Positions 25,231 through 35,177 of a stretch of 55,779 nucleotides of DNA are shown here, one piece after another (position 1 is the first letter of the stretch; every line of letters begins with the position of its first letter). Made by a program: the position numbers and the translations under genes. The stretch is from the NCBI GenBank assembly GCA_023255625.1, contig JAHFLF010000004.1:1-55779 (forward strand), read 5' to 3'. Source of the DNA: Candidatus Harrisonbacteria bacterium (GTDB lineage: Bacteria; Patescibacteriota; Minisyncoccia; UBA6257; 1-14-0-10-44-23). A model generated the notes under the pieces. It had not been told where the DNA came from. It searched no databases and saw only the letters and a list, made by a program, of their open reading frames with translations.

Positions 25231-26766
25231 CTATTTTTTATCACTTTTCGAGAGCAATTCGCCCAAATCAAGCTCGTGAGTAACTTTAATCTGTTTGACA
25301 AACTCGGCCATGTGGCTGACAAAGACCAGTACGCCCTCGAAACGATCCAGCGCCCGCGCAATCACCGGTAAATGGCGAAAATTAATATGATTAGTCGGCT
25401 CATCCATGATTAAAATACCCGGCTTGGCCAGAACTAGTTGCGCAAAGGCCAATAATCCTTTTTGCCCTTCGGACAGCGAGCCAACTTTTGCATTCATGAG
25501 TGAATGCGTCAGCATAAAGCGGGCAGCCACACCGCGCAACTCGTGATCGCTGCAATCAAAGGCGGATGCGGCCAAGGTTTTATAGACCGACTCCTCAAAA
25601 TCCAAACCGGAAAAATCCTGGCGATAATAGCCGACTCGCGCACCTTTAATGATTGAAACGCCGGTCGCTCGGCCGGTAGCCAGAGCGTTTAATAAAGTAC
25701 TTTTGCCTATTCCATTCGGTCCTTTGATCAGCAATTTGTCGCCACGGCGCAAAGCAATTTCAATCTTTTTACTGATCGGCTTAGCATGAGAAGCCCCTTT
25801 GTGCGCAGAGCCATGTGGCGGAATAATATTCACTTGAGTAAATTTCATAATCGGCCCGGTATCAGCAAGTTCGGTCGCGTCAAGCACCTGCGCCGGAATC
25901 CCAAATTCCGGAATTGTCTTATCCTCCTGCCGGCTATCAACCACCTCCTCCTCCAATTCCTCAATTTTTTCGCGCATCTTTCTGGCCACATCGCGCATGT
26001 GTCCGCCTTTTTGCGCGAAAAAATTAAACTGCTCCTTTCGATTGGTAATATCCCGAGCGAGCCGGGCATTTTCTCGCCGATCCCGCTCAATCCTAGCGCT
26101 AATTTCTTTCACCACATCAGCATAGTTGCCGACATACTGCTCAACCTTATGCTGGTAAACATCCAGATACAGCACACCGTGCGTAAAAGAATTTAAAAAA
26201 TCCGCCTCGTGCGAAATCACGATGCAGGTCTTATCGTACTCCAGCAAAAACTTAGTTAGATGATCTATGCCGGCGTGATCTAAATTATTGGTCGGCTCGT
26301 CCAAAAGCAAAATATCCGGCTTACTAATCAAGGCAAAGGCCAGCAGTAGACGCGCCTGCTGTCCGCCGGAAAATTCACTGACCTTTCTGGTGAGTGGCGC
26401 GTGCAGATTGACGATCTCCATTACCTCTTCGATCCGCGGCTCAATGTTGTAAATTTTCTGACCGGGAAAAGCGCTTTCAAAAAATTCGCGTACAGTCAGC
26501 TGGTGCTCCTCACGCCGCAAAACCTGGCGGCCGATAGAAATTGTCGCGCCTTTTTTAATCACAATCTCCCCATCCTCCGGCTGTTTTTCGCCCAGAATCA
26601 GCTGGAACAAGGTCGTCTTGCCTGCGCCATTTTGCCCCATTAAAGCCATTTTCGCGCCCTCACGCATACTAAAATCAACCTGATCTAAGACCGGCTTATT
26701 ATGTCCGTATTCAAAGGACACGTCATTAAAGCGCAAAATTACATCTCCATGTTCGTAAGTAGCCAT
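25231..26766 (-). CDS. ABC-F family ATPase (two tandem ABC domains, no TM region)
   Basis: Two Walker A motifs (GQNGAGKTTL, GPNGIGKSTLL), two signatures (FSGGQQARL, LSEGQKGLL), two Walker B motifs (LLLDEPTNNLD, LIMDEPTNHIN), and a charged linker. Confidence 0.92.
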   Translation of the reverse strand: MATYEHGDVILRFNDVSFEYGHNKPVLDQVDFSMREGAKMALMGQNGAGKTTLFQLILGEKQPEDGEIVIKKGATISIGRQVLRREEHQLTVREFFESAFPGQKIYNIEPRIEEVMEIVNLHAPLTRKVSEFSGGQQARLLLAFALISKPDILLLDEPTNNLDHAGIDHLTKFLLEYDKTCIVISHEADFLNSFTHGVLYLDVYQHKVEQYVGNYADVVKEISARIERDRRENARLARDITNRKEQFNFFAQKGGHMRDVARKMREKIEELEEEVVDSRQEDKTIPEFGIPAQVLDATELADTGPIMKFTQVNIIPPHGSAHKGASHAKPISKKIEIALRRGDKLLIKGPNGIGKSTLLNALATGRATGVSIIKGARVGYYRQDFSGLDFEESVYKTLAASAFDCSDHELRGVAARFMLTHSLMNAKVGSLSEGQKGLLAFAQLVLAKPGILIMDEPTNHINFRHLPVIARALDRFEGVLVFVSHMAEFVKQIKVTHELDLGELLSKSDKK

Positions 26767-26892
26767 GGGGGAAGGTTGTAGTTATTAGTTGGTAGGTTGT
26801 AGCTAATAGAAACTCGGAAACAAAAACGGGCTTGAGCCCTGATTACTAAATAATATACGCTTTTCCCCTTCCCGTCAAAGAATCGTCATTTC

Positions 26893-27717
26893 CTACAAGC
26901 CAATTGATGCTAAGAATTCCAGGAGTTCTTTTCCTTGAATCTGGCGATTTGCACCGGCTTGTAAATCGCCAATCTCCATATTCATAATCCGTACCCGTTT
27001 CAAATCGGCGACCTCATTGCCCACGGCCGTAACCATCCGGCGGATCTGATGCCGTTTCCCTTCGGTTATCACAATATGAAAAATATAGTCGCTCTCGGCC
27101 CAAACTTCGGCCGGTTTGGTAATATAGCCATCTTCCAGTTTCACACCCCTGGCCAGCCAGGTCAGCATGCTCTGTTTCAGCGGCTTTGTAACTTTAATCT
27201 CGTATTCTTTTTCGTGATCGTGCTCCGGGGAAAGCAAACGATCCGTAACTCGTCCGTCGTTAGTCAGTAAAATTAGCCCATGAGAATCTTTATCTAACCG
27301 GCCGATTGGACTGCAGGATAAAATTCCGGAGCGCGTCGGTTTAGCCGGGATTGACCGAGAAGACACAACTTCCTCTTTGGCTAAATTAGTTTGCTCAATC
27401 GAATCAAGAATGTCCTTTTCTCCTTTCTGCGCCGAGTGCGTAACAATACCAACCGGTTTATTGTAAACATAATACAAAAGTTGCTGGCGACTCTCCTTTA
27501 CCGCCTTGGTATTCACCTCAACTTTGTCAGTTGGATTTACCTTATCGCCAAGCACGGCAATCCGGCCATTAATATGCACTTTTCCGGCAGCAATCAGGGC
27601 GTCAGCGCCGCGACGGGTAGCCAAACCCTGCGTAGCAATATATTTATTGATGCGCATCGGAAACTCGTCTTTTTTGATTTCTGTCGGCTTCGGCTTCATC
27701 AAATCAGCATACGGCAA
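26893..27717 (-). CDS. RsuA/RluB-family pseudouridine synthase with an N-terminal S4 domain
   Basis: S4 domain MRINKYIATQGLATRRGADALIAAGKVHINGR. Catalytic motif GRLDKDSHGLILLTNDG, plus GKRHQIRRM. The start may instead be the internal MRINKY. Confidence 0.9.
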   Translation of the reverse strand: MPYADLMKPKPTEIKKDEFPMRINKYIATQGLATRRGADALIAAGKVHINGRIAVLGDKVNPTDKVEVNTKAVKESRQQLLYYVYNKPVGIVTHSAQKGEKDILDSIEQTNLAKEEVVSSRSIPAKPTRSGILSCSPIGRLDKDSHGLILLTNDGRVTDRLLSPEHDHEKEYEIKVTKPLKQSMLTWLARGVKLEDGYITKPAEVWAESDYIFHIVITEGKRHQIRRMVTAVGNEVADLKRVRIMNMEIGDLQAGANRQIQGKELLEFLASIGL

Positions 27718-27745
27718 TAATCGGCAGAAGTCGAATGGCTAAACC

Positions 27746-27777
27746 ATTCGGGGCGGGCCAGCTGGCCCGCCCCGAAT
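27746..27777 (-). terminator. 32-nt perfect GC-rich palindrome just downstream of the 2330-aa gene (terminator-like hairpin, no U-tract)
   Basis: attcggggcgggccag|ctggcccgccccgaat, 28 nt after the stop at 27805. Confidence 0.45.
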
Positions 27778-27804
27778 CCTCCCGCAAAATCTTTCCGCAC
27801 CCAA

Positions 27805-30800
27805 CTATCGGCCGGTGTTTAGCGCCGCCCGAGTCCCCGGGCCAACATAGCCAACTGCTTCCAGGCCAACGCTCTCTTGATACTTCATGAGCGCCTGCTT
27901 GGTCGCGTTACCGAAGTACCCTTTCGCAGTTCCAGCCGGTATCTTCAAGAATCCTTTGGCTTCTAGGATGTTCTGAAGAGCGATGACATCGGCGTTTTCT
28001 GCCCCCGTCTTGATCATCACCGTAAAGGTGTATGAGCCGGATACAGTTGCCGCAGGTGCAGGAGCGCTAACAGAGGTACTGCCACCAGCTTCAGTACTCA
28101 ACGCTGCCCGAGTCCCCGGACCAGCATAGCCAACGGCTTCCAGGCCGACGCTAGTCTGGTATTGCATCAGCGCTTTCATAGTCGCATTACCGAAGTATCC
28201 TTTGGCAATTCCAGCCGGCATCTTCAGGAATCCTTTGGCTTCGAGAATGTTCTGAAGGGCTACGACATCGTTACCTTCGGAGCCGGTCTTGAGCATGCGC
28301 GTAAAGATACCGGCACTAACCGCTCCAACCTGCTGTCTAGCTTGTAACTGCAACTGCAGAGTTGCAAGCTGCTGGGCCAGCGAAACTGCTGAAGGAGTAT
28401 TTGCAGTTACTGATGGGCTAGTCGGTATAGTAACAGCCGTACCATAACTTCCTCCACCGCCACCACCGCCACTAGTGCTACCACCGCCACCGATAGAGGC
28501 CGCGGTTAAGGTTACGGAAACTGCCGAACTGGCCGCAGATTCATTGCCGCCGGCATTTAACGCCGAAACCTTAAAGTAGTAGGTGCTGCCGTTAGTTAAT
28601 CCGGTTACATCATAACCATTCTGGTTGCCAACCGTCGGCTCCGAACCAACCCGGGCATAGGTGCCGCCCTGGCTGGAACTTTGATACACATCATAACTAT
28701 TTGCACCCGAGACAGAATCCCAGGCCAACCGAACAGTTGTGGCATTAAGTGCCGTCGCGGTGATGCTAGCCGGAGTCTCTGGCGCAGTTGGATCACTTGG
28801 AATTAACGGGGCAAAATCCGAGAAGTGGGAGACCGTTGCCGTCAGCACATCATTAACTGTGTCCACGGTTGTCGGCAAAGTCGTCCAGGAATTAGCCGAC
28901 TCGTTCCAATAACCAAGCTGGATGCTGCTCTCCGAAACTCCAGTCGGCAGATCCGCGGCTGTATATGGCACGGTAATTGTCACATCGCTGTTCAAGCTGG
29001 AGACCTCCTGACCAGATGAGTTGGTAACATTCACGGTTACAGCATTCTTGGTTAGCACACTACCAGTCGTCGGCTTCGGCACATTGGTCGTTGGCTTAGT
29101 CGCAATTGTGGACGGATTAGTATCCGAGCCGGCAGAAGCCGGAGGCATAGTTAACTTGAATCCACTACCAATGTCGTTGTTGGTAAACTGTCCGCCGGAG
29201 GCCGGGGTAAAGGTCTGCTGCTGAAGCGGCTTTGGCGTGTAACCGCTGATTGCAGTAAGCGCCACTGCAATTCCGCTCGGGCTGTTGCTGTTCACTGTAA
29301 CTGGTACGCCGTCAGAATTGTATCCGTCTGCGTGGCCACGAACCGTCCAAGTGCCATTATCAACTGCCAGCGAATAAGCACCGGTTGAGTCAGTTTGGCT
29401 GACCGCAAATCCACCAGCTCCGTCAGTAGCGTCAACGAAGGCCTGGCTCACGCCGGATCCGCCGATGGTAACCGTTCCCGTAATCGTCCGAGAGGCGGTT
29501 GTGAGCACAACATTCTGCGCGGTCAAATTTGCACCAGCTACCGTTACTGAACTTTCTGCCGGTGATTTCAGCCCTTGTTTATCAGCACGCAGATCATAAC
29601 TACCGTCTGGAACCGTGAGAGTATAAGTTCCATTCGAAGCGGTCTGGGTACCAATGTGAATCTTGTTGGTCTGGCCAGCCGGCGTACCGGTCAGCGAGAC
29701 CCAAGCACCCTCCACATTGCTGGCGTTGGCGGTAACTGTTCCGGCAACTGTCCGCTGCGTACCGGCGGTAGCTGTGAAACTTAATGTGGTGCTCGTATTG
29801 ACATTCGATTGCGCTCCAATCGGACCAAAGGCCGGGTGAGCCGCGCGAATCGTGTAAGTACCTGGCGACAACTGAAGAGTGTAGACGGCAAGAGTACCCG
29901 AAGCCACACTGACATTCGTTCCATTACCTCGCCCATTTGTATCGCGAGCATCAACAAAGGCATTAGTGATACCAGTTGTGCCGTCTGTGAGTCCAACCAC
30001 AACCGTGAGCGAGGCGCCCGGAGCACAGTTCTTGCCGGAGGTTGTGGTGTTCGCAGAAACAGTGACGCTACCGGTTACAACCGAATCACCTACACCAGGG
30101 ATAAAGCAGCTGACGGTGTAGGAGCCCGGCGGAACCTTGATGCTGTATGCGCCGCTGGCATCAGTCGTCGCCATGTTGCCGCCGTTATCTCCTTCGGCTC
30201 GAACATTCGCACCCTGCTGGGCAACGCCGCCCTTAGTAACAGAGCCGGTGATTGTGCCAAAGGTAACTGTCGCCGCGCTAAAGTCCTGACCGGTTACCGC
30301 GGTTGTACCAACGGTAATTGTCTTTGTGCCAAGTTTTCCAAACCCAGGCGCAAAGGCAGAAACTCTCCAGGTTCCGGCACTAACATACAATGTATAGCTT
30401 CCAGCACTATCAGTCGGCCCGCCGACAAAGTTTTGCGCACCGCCACCGAGTGAGGTCGTGTCGCTAGTAGAGGTAATCTTTTCCGCAGAAACACCGGCGT
30501 AGGAAATTGCGTTACCACCGTCATCTTTAACTGTTCCACTAATCGTAAGCCCAGAGGTACTGATGGCCATGACAAAGCTCAAGCTAGCCGGAACATTTGT
30601 TCCAGAGGTCGGCACGCTGATAGCCAGGTCTGGTACAAACGGCATACCCGGCTTGTTCGCGTTCACCAGATAATTACCGGCGACCACATTCAATGTAAAG
30701 CTGCCGTCAGTCTGCGTTTGCGCGCTGGTACCAAAACCAACGCTGCTACCGCCGCCGCCAGTTGTAGATCCTTCAGTTGGCCGGGCAAAAACTTGTACGC

Positions 30801-33800
30801 CGCTAATACCAGTACCGGCGCTGTCGCGAACATACCCGGTGATGGTCTTACCGGCCGCCGTTAAAGTAAAGTTCTTACCGGTAATGTTTGCTCCAAGAAC
30901 CTGGACGGTGATATTTGGCGGAGGCATAAAGGTAAATGTCGGCGCAGGCGGAGCGGCCTGACCAGGAGTCATTGGCGGCATAGCCGGGCCAACGCCCACC
31001 TGATAAGTCGTGCTGGCATTTACCGGCAGACTATAAGCGAAAGTGCCGCCGCCATTGGTCGTTCCCGTCTTCTTAGTAAACCCGCTCGGGCTGGAAGCGA
31101 AGACATCAACTTTCGTGTTAGCCGGACCAGTAATCGTGCCGGCGATCGTGAATGCGGCCGCCGTTAAACCAAGGTTTTTAGTGGTTGTACCGCTACTGAT
31201 TGAGATTGGCTGGGGCGCACTGTTAAAAACATAGTCGCCGGCCGCAGCCACGCTGTCTGGTGCAATGCCAAGCATGTAATCTCCGACGGCCAGACCAGAG
31301 AAGGTAGTCGTACCATTGGCACCGCTGGTTGCCTCAATACCGCCAGATGCCGGGCTACCTAAGAAGGCGCGGATGTTGGCCACGCCGGCTTCTGTTCCGC
31401 TCTTGATATTGTCTCCAGCCGTAGCGCCGCCAGCACCGTTATCTACAAAGACATTGAGTACTACGACAGCAGAGCCAGACTGACCAAGATAGAACGGATT
31501 CGAGGTCATATTTTCTTTCGTCACGCTGCTCGTGTCCTGGGTCAAAATCGTAACCGTGTAACCGTTGCTGGACGGCGCGGTAGAGTTCACGATTCCTTTC
31601 AGGGTAAAGCGCAGGAAGTCATTCGCCGTTGAGGCAGCACCGGCTGTCGTAACAGTAATCGTTCGCGCCGAGGCGTTTACCGCAACTGAACCAATCGTAA
31701 TCGTGCCGGTATTTGGGCCGTTCAGGTCACCGTTTGCAAAGCTCTCGGTACCAACCGTTGCGGCAACCGCGTTTGTAACATCAAAGCCGACCGGAAAAGT
31801 TACAAGAATCTTACCGCCAAGCGGCACAACCTGCGATACCGGAAATTCAAACTCGTAGTTGGAGGTGGCGCCGGCAGATCGGTTAGTCGGCGTAGCACGA
31901 ATCGGCATTGTACCGGCCTGATTCGGATTCTGCTGCGAAGTGCCGCAGTTTAAGCAGCCGCCGGTCGTGTTGGAGTTCGCCACCGTGAACTGCGTGGTGT
32001 TTGCCGCCGGAGTACCCGTAGTGAGTATTGCGTTACCGGCTAAATCCTGCAAAGCAGTGCTGGCAGTAATCTTAATTGTCGCGCCGGTTGTCAGCGACAA
32101 ACCGCTGATGCGGGCCGCCATCATCATGCCGTCATAAGTAACGGTTTTGCCGGAGAGCGAGATCGAAGTTCCAACCGGACTCTCGACTGTGTAATTCGAG
32201 ATATTATCTGCGGCATTTGCACCACCGCCGGACTGCATCGGCTCGGAGAAGGTTATGGCCGCGCCAAAGTTATCGGCGTTACCAAAGGTTACCGACGGGC
32301 CGGTGCTGTCGGTGGCACTGTCGGTGGTAAAGGTCGAAGTAAAATTCTGGTTACCGCCGGTACCCGAATCAGCATCCAGCGCATTGCCAATAATGTCTGT
32401 AACACCGGAGGTAATAGTGAAGGTATAGGTTGTGTTGCTGGCAAGCTGGCTAGTCGGACTGGCGCAGATTGTCCGGCTGTTCGGACTGTAGCTCACATTG
32501 ACCGCAATGCTGCCAGAAAGCGTAACGGTGGAAGCGGTTACAGTGGAAGCGTCGATGTCTTTCGACATACCAGAACAAACAATCGTATTGCGCTTGACCG
32601 CGGTCGCTCCGGCACTTGGGAAGACGCCATTTGCAGTCGGATGAGACGAATCGGCAGATCCGGCCGGAGTTTTAAAGTTCAGGAAGTAGGTATTGTTCAG
32701 AGCGGTGCCAGTATAACTCAAAGTGGTTGTACCGACTTTCAGAATGTAACCGGTTGAGGCGGTTAAATTTGAAGATGGAGTAACCGTTAGCGTAGTCGAA
32801 GCAGCATCGAGCGATCGCGTTGCAGTTATTGGCGTACCTGGAGCACCAAAGTTATCAGTATAAAGAGTAACATTGGAGCTGCTCAAAGCCGAACTGCCCA
32901 TCGCCTGTGAGAATGTGAGTTTTATCGGCGCGTTTATCGGATGCGATTGCGATCCGGAATTTGGCGCGGTTGATTGAACAAATGGCGGCGCAATGTTCGT
33001 ACCGCCGGTGGCACCGGTAGTAAAGCTAACTGTCGAGGTGGTGCCCAAAGCGTTACCGGCCTTGTCGCTAACCGCCGGACCAACCGTAACTACATAAGCC
33101 GTATTTGTCGTGAGCGGACTCACCGAATTATCAAAGCGCAGGTTGGCGCTGCTAATCGTGCCCGGACCGGAAACCAGGTGGAACGAATAGGTATTTAGCG
33201 GACTAGCATTTGCCGTGGCTTTCGCAAAGACGATATCGCCATTTGCCAGCGCAAGAACATTGTCAGTGACTGCCGCTTGCACTGTAGTTGCTAGCCGGAC
33301 CATCACCGAGCCGCCAGCCACGCGCGAGGTCGTCGTAGAGTTTCCGTCTAAAACTGCTGTGCTTGTCGCATCAGCCGAGAGATCACCCGCGGTAGTCGCC
33401 AGATGCCAGCTATAGGTCGTTGTGCCGACATTGGCAAAGACTAAGTCTCCTTGGCTGACCGCCAGAACGCTAGTCGAAGAAGCTGTCGAAGCCGCCAAAC
33501 TGTAGCGGGCGGCGGTCGGATAAGTCGGCGCGCCGGAGCCGCCATCAAAACGCAAAGTACTGCTGGAGATAGCTCCGGCGGTAGTTACAACATGCCAGTT
33601 GGTACGGGTTGTGTCGCCGGAATTTGTCGCCGTTTTGACTACAACTAGATCACCGACTTTGAAAGCGGGGTCAATCGCTGTTACTAAACCGGTCTGCGTT
33701 GCGGCCGCAACTTTAATCAGCTGCTGTCCGCCAAAAAGAGTTGTGCCGTTGACCGAAAAGGTTCCAGAAGTCTGCGTCGCATTAGTAACAATACCAAGCT

Positions 33801-34797
33801 CGGCCGGGAATGACTCGTGCTGGAAATAAATAATATCGCCAAGAGCGGGCCCAAAATAACTTCCATTAAAGAAGATTGGATTGGTGGCGCTAGAAAACAT
33901 GAAACTACTGACGCCAGCGGTCGGGAATTTGGCGAAGCGGGAGCTGGCGGCATAGGTCGGGGCAGAAGAAGGCACGATGTTGACATTGTTGAAGTTCGGA
34001 TTAACGGCGATCGAAACCGGCGAGCCGGCCGCAGTCATAGTGATATTGCTCGGCGTAAGCGTCGAAGGATCCATCTGTTCGGAGAAGCCGACACCGATGA
34101 AAGCACTAATCGGAACATTCGTGGAGTTATTCTGCGGTCCGGTCATACTGAAGTCCACTGTCGGCGCGGCAGTATCAACCGTAATCATACTGCTAGTTGC
34201 CGCCAAAATAGTCGGAGAGCTGGTGCTGGTAATAATGCCATCTGCCGGAATTGTTGCTTTGAAAGTTGTACTGTTGGTCAAACCGGAACTATCGGGTTTA
34301 ACTACAACATAAAAAATCTGACCGGTAGCCAGGGTCGTTGTGCTGCCCGGGGTTAGAGTGAAAACATTGGATGCAGCATAGACCGGACTGGCGGCCAAAG
34401 TTATCTGCGTATCGGCTGCGGCCGAAAAACCGGTGCCGGCGGTCTCTCGCCAAAGTTGCACGCCGCCATTTGTCGTTGCCAGGTCGGCCAATTCAGAAGA
34501 GCTAGCGGCAGTATTGTTCCAGGTCGGTGAACCGCTTTGGCCGGTAAACCGAACTTTGACTCCGGTCAGCGCCTGCGTATCTTCGTCGCTACCAATCGTA
34601 ACTTTCAAAACTGCGGCAGAGCTACCACCCTGCTTAAAGAAGACACCGCCAAAGGTCGGATCTGAAACTACCGAGACCGCTGCTCCAGCAAAATGAACGG
34701 CGACCAAACTACTAATAAAAAGAGCGGACACTAAAATTAAAAGTGCCGCCCTGACTACCGAGTAACGAGAAACACCAAACGCATTTTGCGTGTCCAT
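27805..34797 (-). CDS. Giant (2330 aa) cell-surface protein: SbsA/Big_5 Ig-like repeats, carboxypeptidase-regulatory-like repeats, FN3, and two C-terminal peptidoglycan-binding domains
   Basis: N-terminal signal anchor. Big_5-type segments (DTAAPTVDFSMTGPQNNSTNVPISAFIGVGFSEQMDPSTL). At least five CarboxypepD_reg-like units (ITGYVRDSAGTGISGVQVFARP and others). FN3 (VRLAWDSVSGANSYDVYQS ... YYFKVSALN). Tandem PG_binding_1 (NDVVALQNILEAKGFLKMPAGIAKGYFGNATMKALMQYQ, two copies). Confidence 0.9.
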   Translation of the reverse strand: MDTQNAFGVSRYSVVRAALLILVSALFISSLVAVHFAGAAVSVVSDPTFGGVFFKQGGSSAAVLKVTIGSDEDTQALTGVKVRFTGQSGSPTWNNTAASSSELADLATTNGGVQLWRETAGTGFSAAADTQITLAASPVYAASNVFTLTPGSTTTLATGQIFYVVVKPDSSGLTNSTTFKATIPADGIITSTSSPTILAATSSMITVDTAAPTVDFSMTGPQNNSTNVPISAFIGVGFSEQMDPSTLTPSNITMTAAGSPVSIAVNPNFNNVNIVPSSAPTYAASSRFAKFPTAGVSSFMFSSATNPIFFNGSYFGPALGDIIYFQHESFPAELGIVTNATQTSGTFSVNGTTLFGGQQLIKVAAATQTGLVTAIDPAFKVGDLVVVKTATNSGDTTRTNWHVVTTAGAISSSTLRFDGGSGAPTYPTAARYSLAASTASSTSVLAVSQGDLVFANVGTTTYSWHLATTAGDLSADATSTAVLDGNSTTTSRVAGGSVMVRLATTVQAAVTDNVLALANGDIVFAKATANASPLNTYSFHLVSGPGTISSANLRFDNSVSPLTTNTAYVVTVGPAVSDKAGNALGTTSTVSFTTGATGGTNIAPPFVQSTAPNSGSQSHPINAPIKLTFSQAMGSSALSSSNVTLYTDNFGAPGTPITATRSLDAASTTLTVTPSSNLTASTGYILKVGTTTLSYTGTALNNTYFLNFKTPAGSADSSHPTANGVFPSAGATAVKRNTIVCSGMSKDIDASTVTASTVTLSGSIAVNVSYSPNSRTICASPTSQLASNTTYTFTITSGVTDIIGNALDADSGTGGNQNFTSTFTTDSATDSTGPSVTFGNADNFGAAITFSEPMQSGGGANAADNISNYTVESPVGTSISLSGKTVTYDGMMMAARISGLSLTTGATIKITASTALQDLAGNAILTTGTPAANTTQFTVANSNTTGGCLNCGTSQQNPNQAGTMPIRATPTNRSAGATSNYEFEFPVSQVVPLGGKILVTFPVGFDVTNAVAATVGTESFANGDLNGPNTGTITIGSVAVNASARTITVTTAGAASTANDFLRFTLKGIVNSTAPSSNGYTVTILTQDTSSVTKENMTSNPFYLGQSGSAVVVLNVFVDNGAGGATAGDNIKSGTEAGVANIRAFLGSPASGGIEATSGANGTTTFSGLAVGDYMLGIAPDSVAAAGDYVFNSAPQPISISSGTTTKNLGLTAAAFTIAGTITGPANTKVDVFASSPSGFTKKTGTTNGGGTFAYSLPVNASTTYQVGVGPAMPPMTPGQAAPPAPTFTFMPPPNITVQVLGANITGKNFTLTAAGKTITGYVRDSAGTGISGVQVFARPTEGSTTGGGGSSVGFGTSAQTQTDGSFTLNVVAGNYLVNANKPGMPFVPDLAISVPTSGTNVPASLSFVMAISTSGLTISGTVKDDGGNAISYAGVSAEKITSTSDTTSLGGGAQNFVGGPTDSAGSYTLYVSAGTWRVSAFAPGFGKLGTKTITVGTTAVTGQDFSAATVTFGTITGSVTKGGVAQQGANVRAEGDNGGNMATTDASGAYSIKVPPGSYTVSCFIPGVGDSVVTGSVTVSANTTTSGKNCAPGASLTVVVGLTDGTTGITNAFVDARDTNGRGNGTNVSVASGTLAVYTLQLSPGTYTIRAAHPAFGPIGAQSNVNTSTTLSFTATAGTQRTVAGTVTANASNVEGAWVSLTGTPAGQTNKIHIGTQTASNGTYTLTVPDGSYDLRADKQGLKSPAESSVTVAGANLTAQNVVLTTASRTITGTVTIGGSGVSQAFVDATDGAGGFAVSQTDSTGAYSLAVDNGTWTVRGHADGYNSDGVPVTVNSNSPSGIAVALTAISGYTPKPLQQQTFTPASGGQFTNNDIGSGFKLTMPPASAGSDTNPSTIATKPTTNVPKPTTGSVLTKNAVTVNVTNSSGQEVSSLNSDVTITVPYTAADLPTGVSESSIQLGYWNESANSWTTLPTTVDTVNDVLTATVSHFSDFAPLIPSDPTAPETPASITATALNATTVRLAWDSVSGANSYDVYQSSSQGGTYARVGSEPTVGNQNGYDVTGLTNGSTYYFKVSALNAGGNESAASSAVSVTLTAASIGGGGSTSGGGGGGGSYGTAVTIPTSPSVTANTPSAVSLAQQLATLQLQLQARQQVGAVSAGIFTRMLKTGSEGNDVVALQNILEAKGFLKMPAGIAKGYFGNATMKALMQYQTSVGLEAVGYAGPGTRAALSTEAGGSTSVSAPAPAATVSGSYTFTVMIKTGAENADVIALQNILEAKGFLKIPAGTAKGYFGNATKQALMKYQESVGLEAVGYVGPGTRAALNTGR

Positions 34798-34930
34798 GGA
34801 AAATTAAATAATTAAATAATATTAATAAATTCGTAGCGAAAAATATTTCAATCAGGAGCACGATGCTCCTTGTAATTAGTATAGCTCCGTTTTCATGGCC
34901 GCTTGACAAGCGATGTGGATAACTTTCGAG

Positions 34931-34995
34931 AAACACCGCTCCGCTGTTTTGCGAGGAACGGGGTTCTATCCTCGCAAAACAGCGGAGCGGTGTTT
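34931..34995. repeat. Family-1 hairpin D: perfect 26-bp stem around the conserved core cgagg-aacggggttctat-cctcg
   Basis: Arms 34931-34956 / 34970-34995 are exact reverse complements. The core is the reverse complement of the core in hairpins E and F. Confidence 0.85.
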
Positions 34996-35010
34996 ATTTT
35001 TGGAGGGATT

Positions 35011-35081
35011 AGAAAAACCGGGGCCAGCTCTGCACGAGGATAGAACCCCGTTCCTCGTGCAGAGCTGGCCCCGGTTTTTCT
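35011..35081. repeat. Family-1 hairpin E: perfect 29-bp stem around the conserved core cgagg-atagaaccccgtt-cctcg
   Basis: Arms 35011-35039 / 35053-35081 are exact complements. The arm sequence is unrelated to D and F, and A/T runs at both ends resemble a bidirectional terminator. Confidence 0.85.
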
Positions 35082-35106
35082 GCTGAAATATATTTTGAAA
35101 AAATTC

Positions 35107-35168
35107 AAAACAAAACAGGCGGTTCGCGGGGATAAATCTTCTTTCCCGTGAACCGCCTGTTTTGTTTT
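35107..35168 (-). terminator. Intrinsic terminator of the 35178..36464 gene
   Basis: 24-bp stem (35107-35130 / 35145-35168, one G-T pair) 9 nt after the stop. On the minus strand it is followed by gaatttttt. Confidence 0.7.
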
Positions 35169-35177
35169 ATTTTCTCT

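Noticed and set aside
28162-34696. Numerous plus-strand and off-frame ORFs inside the giant gene (for example 29809..30453 at 214 aa and 33817..34356 at 179 aa).
   Set aside because: They are shadow ORFs antisense to, or out of frame with, a 2330-aa gene whose domain repeats are clearly coding. They translate to Arg/Gly/Cys-rich low-complexity sequence.
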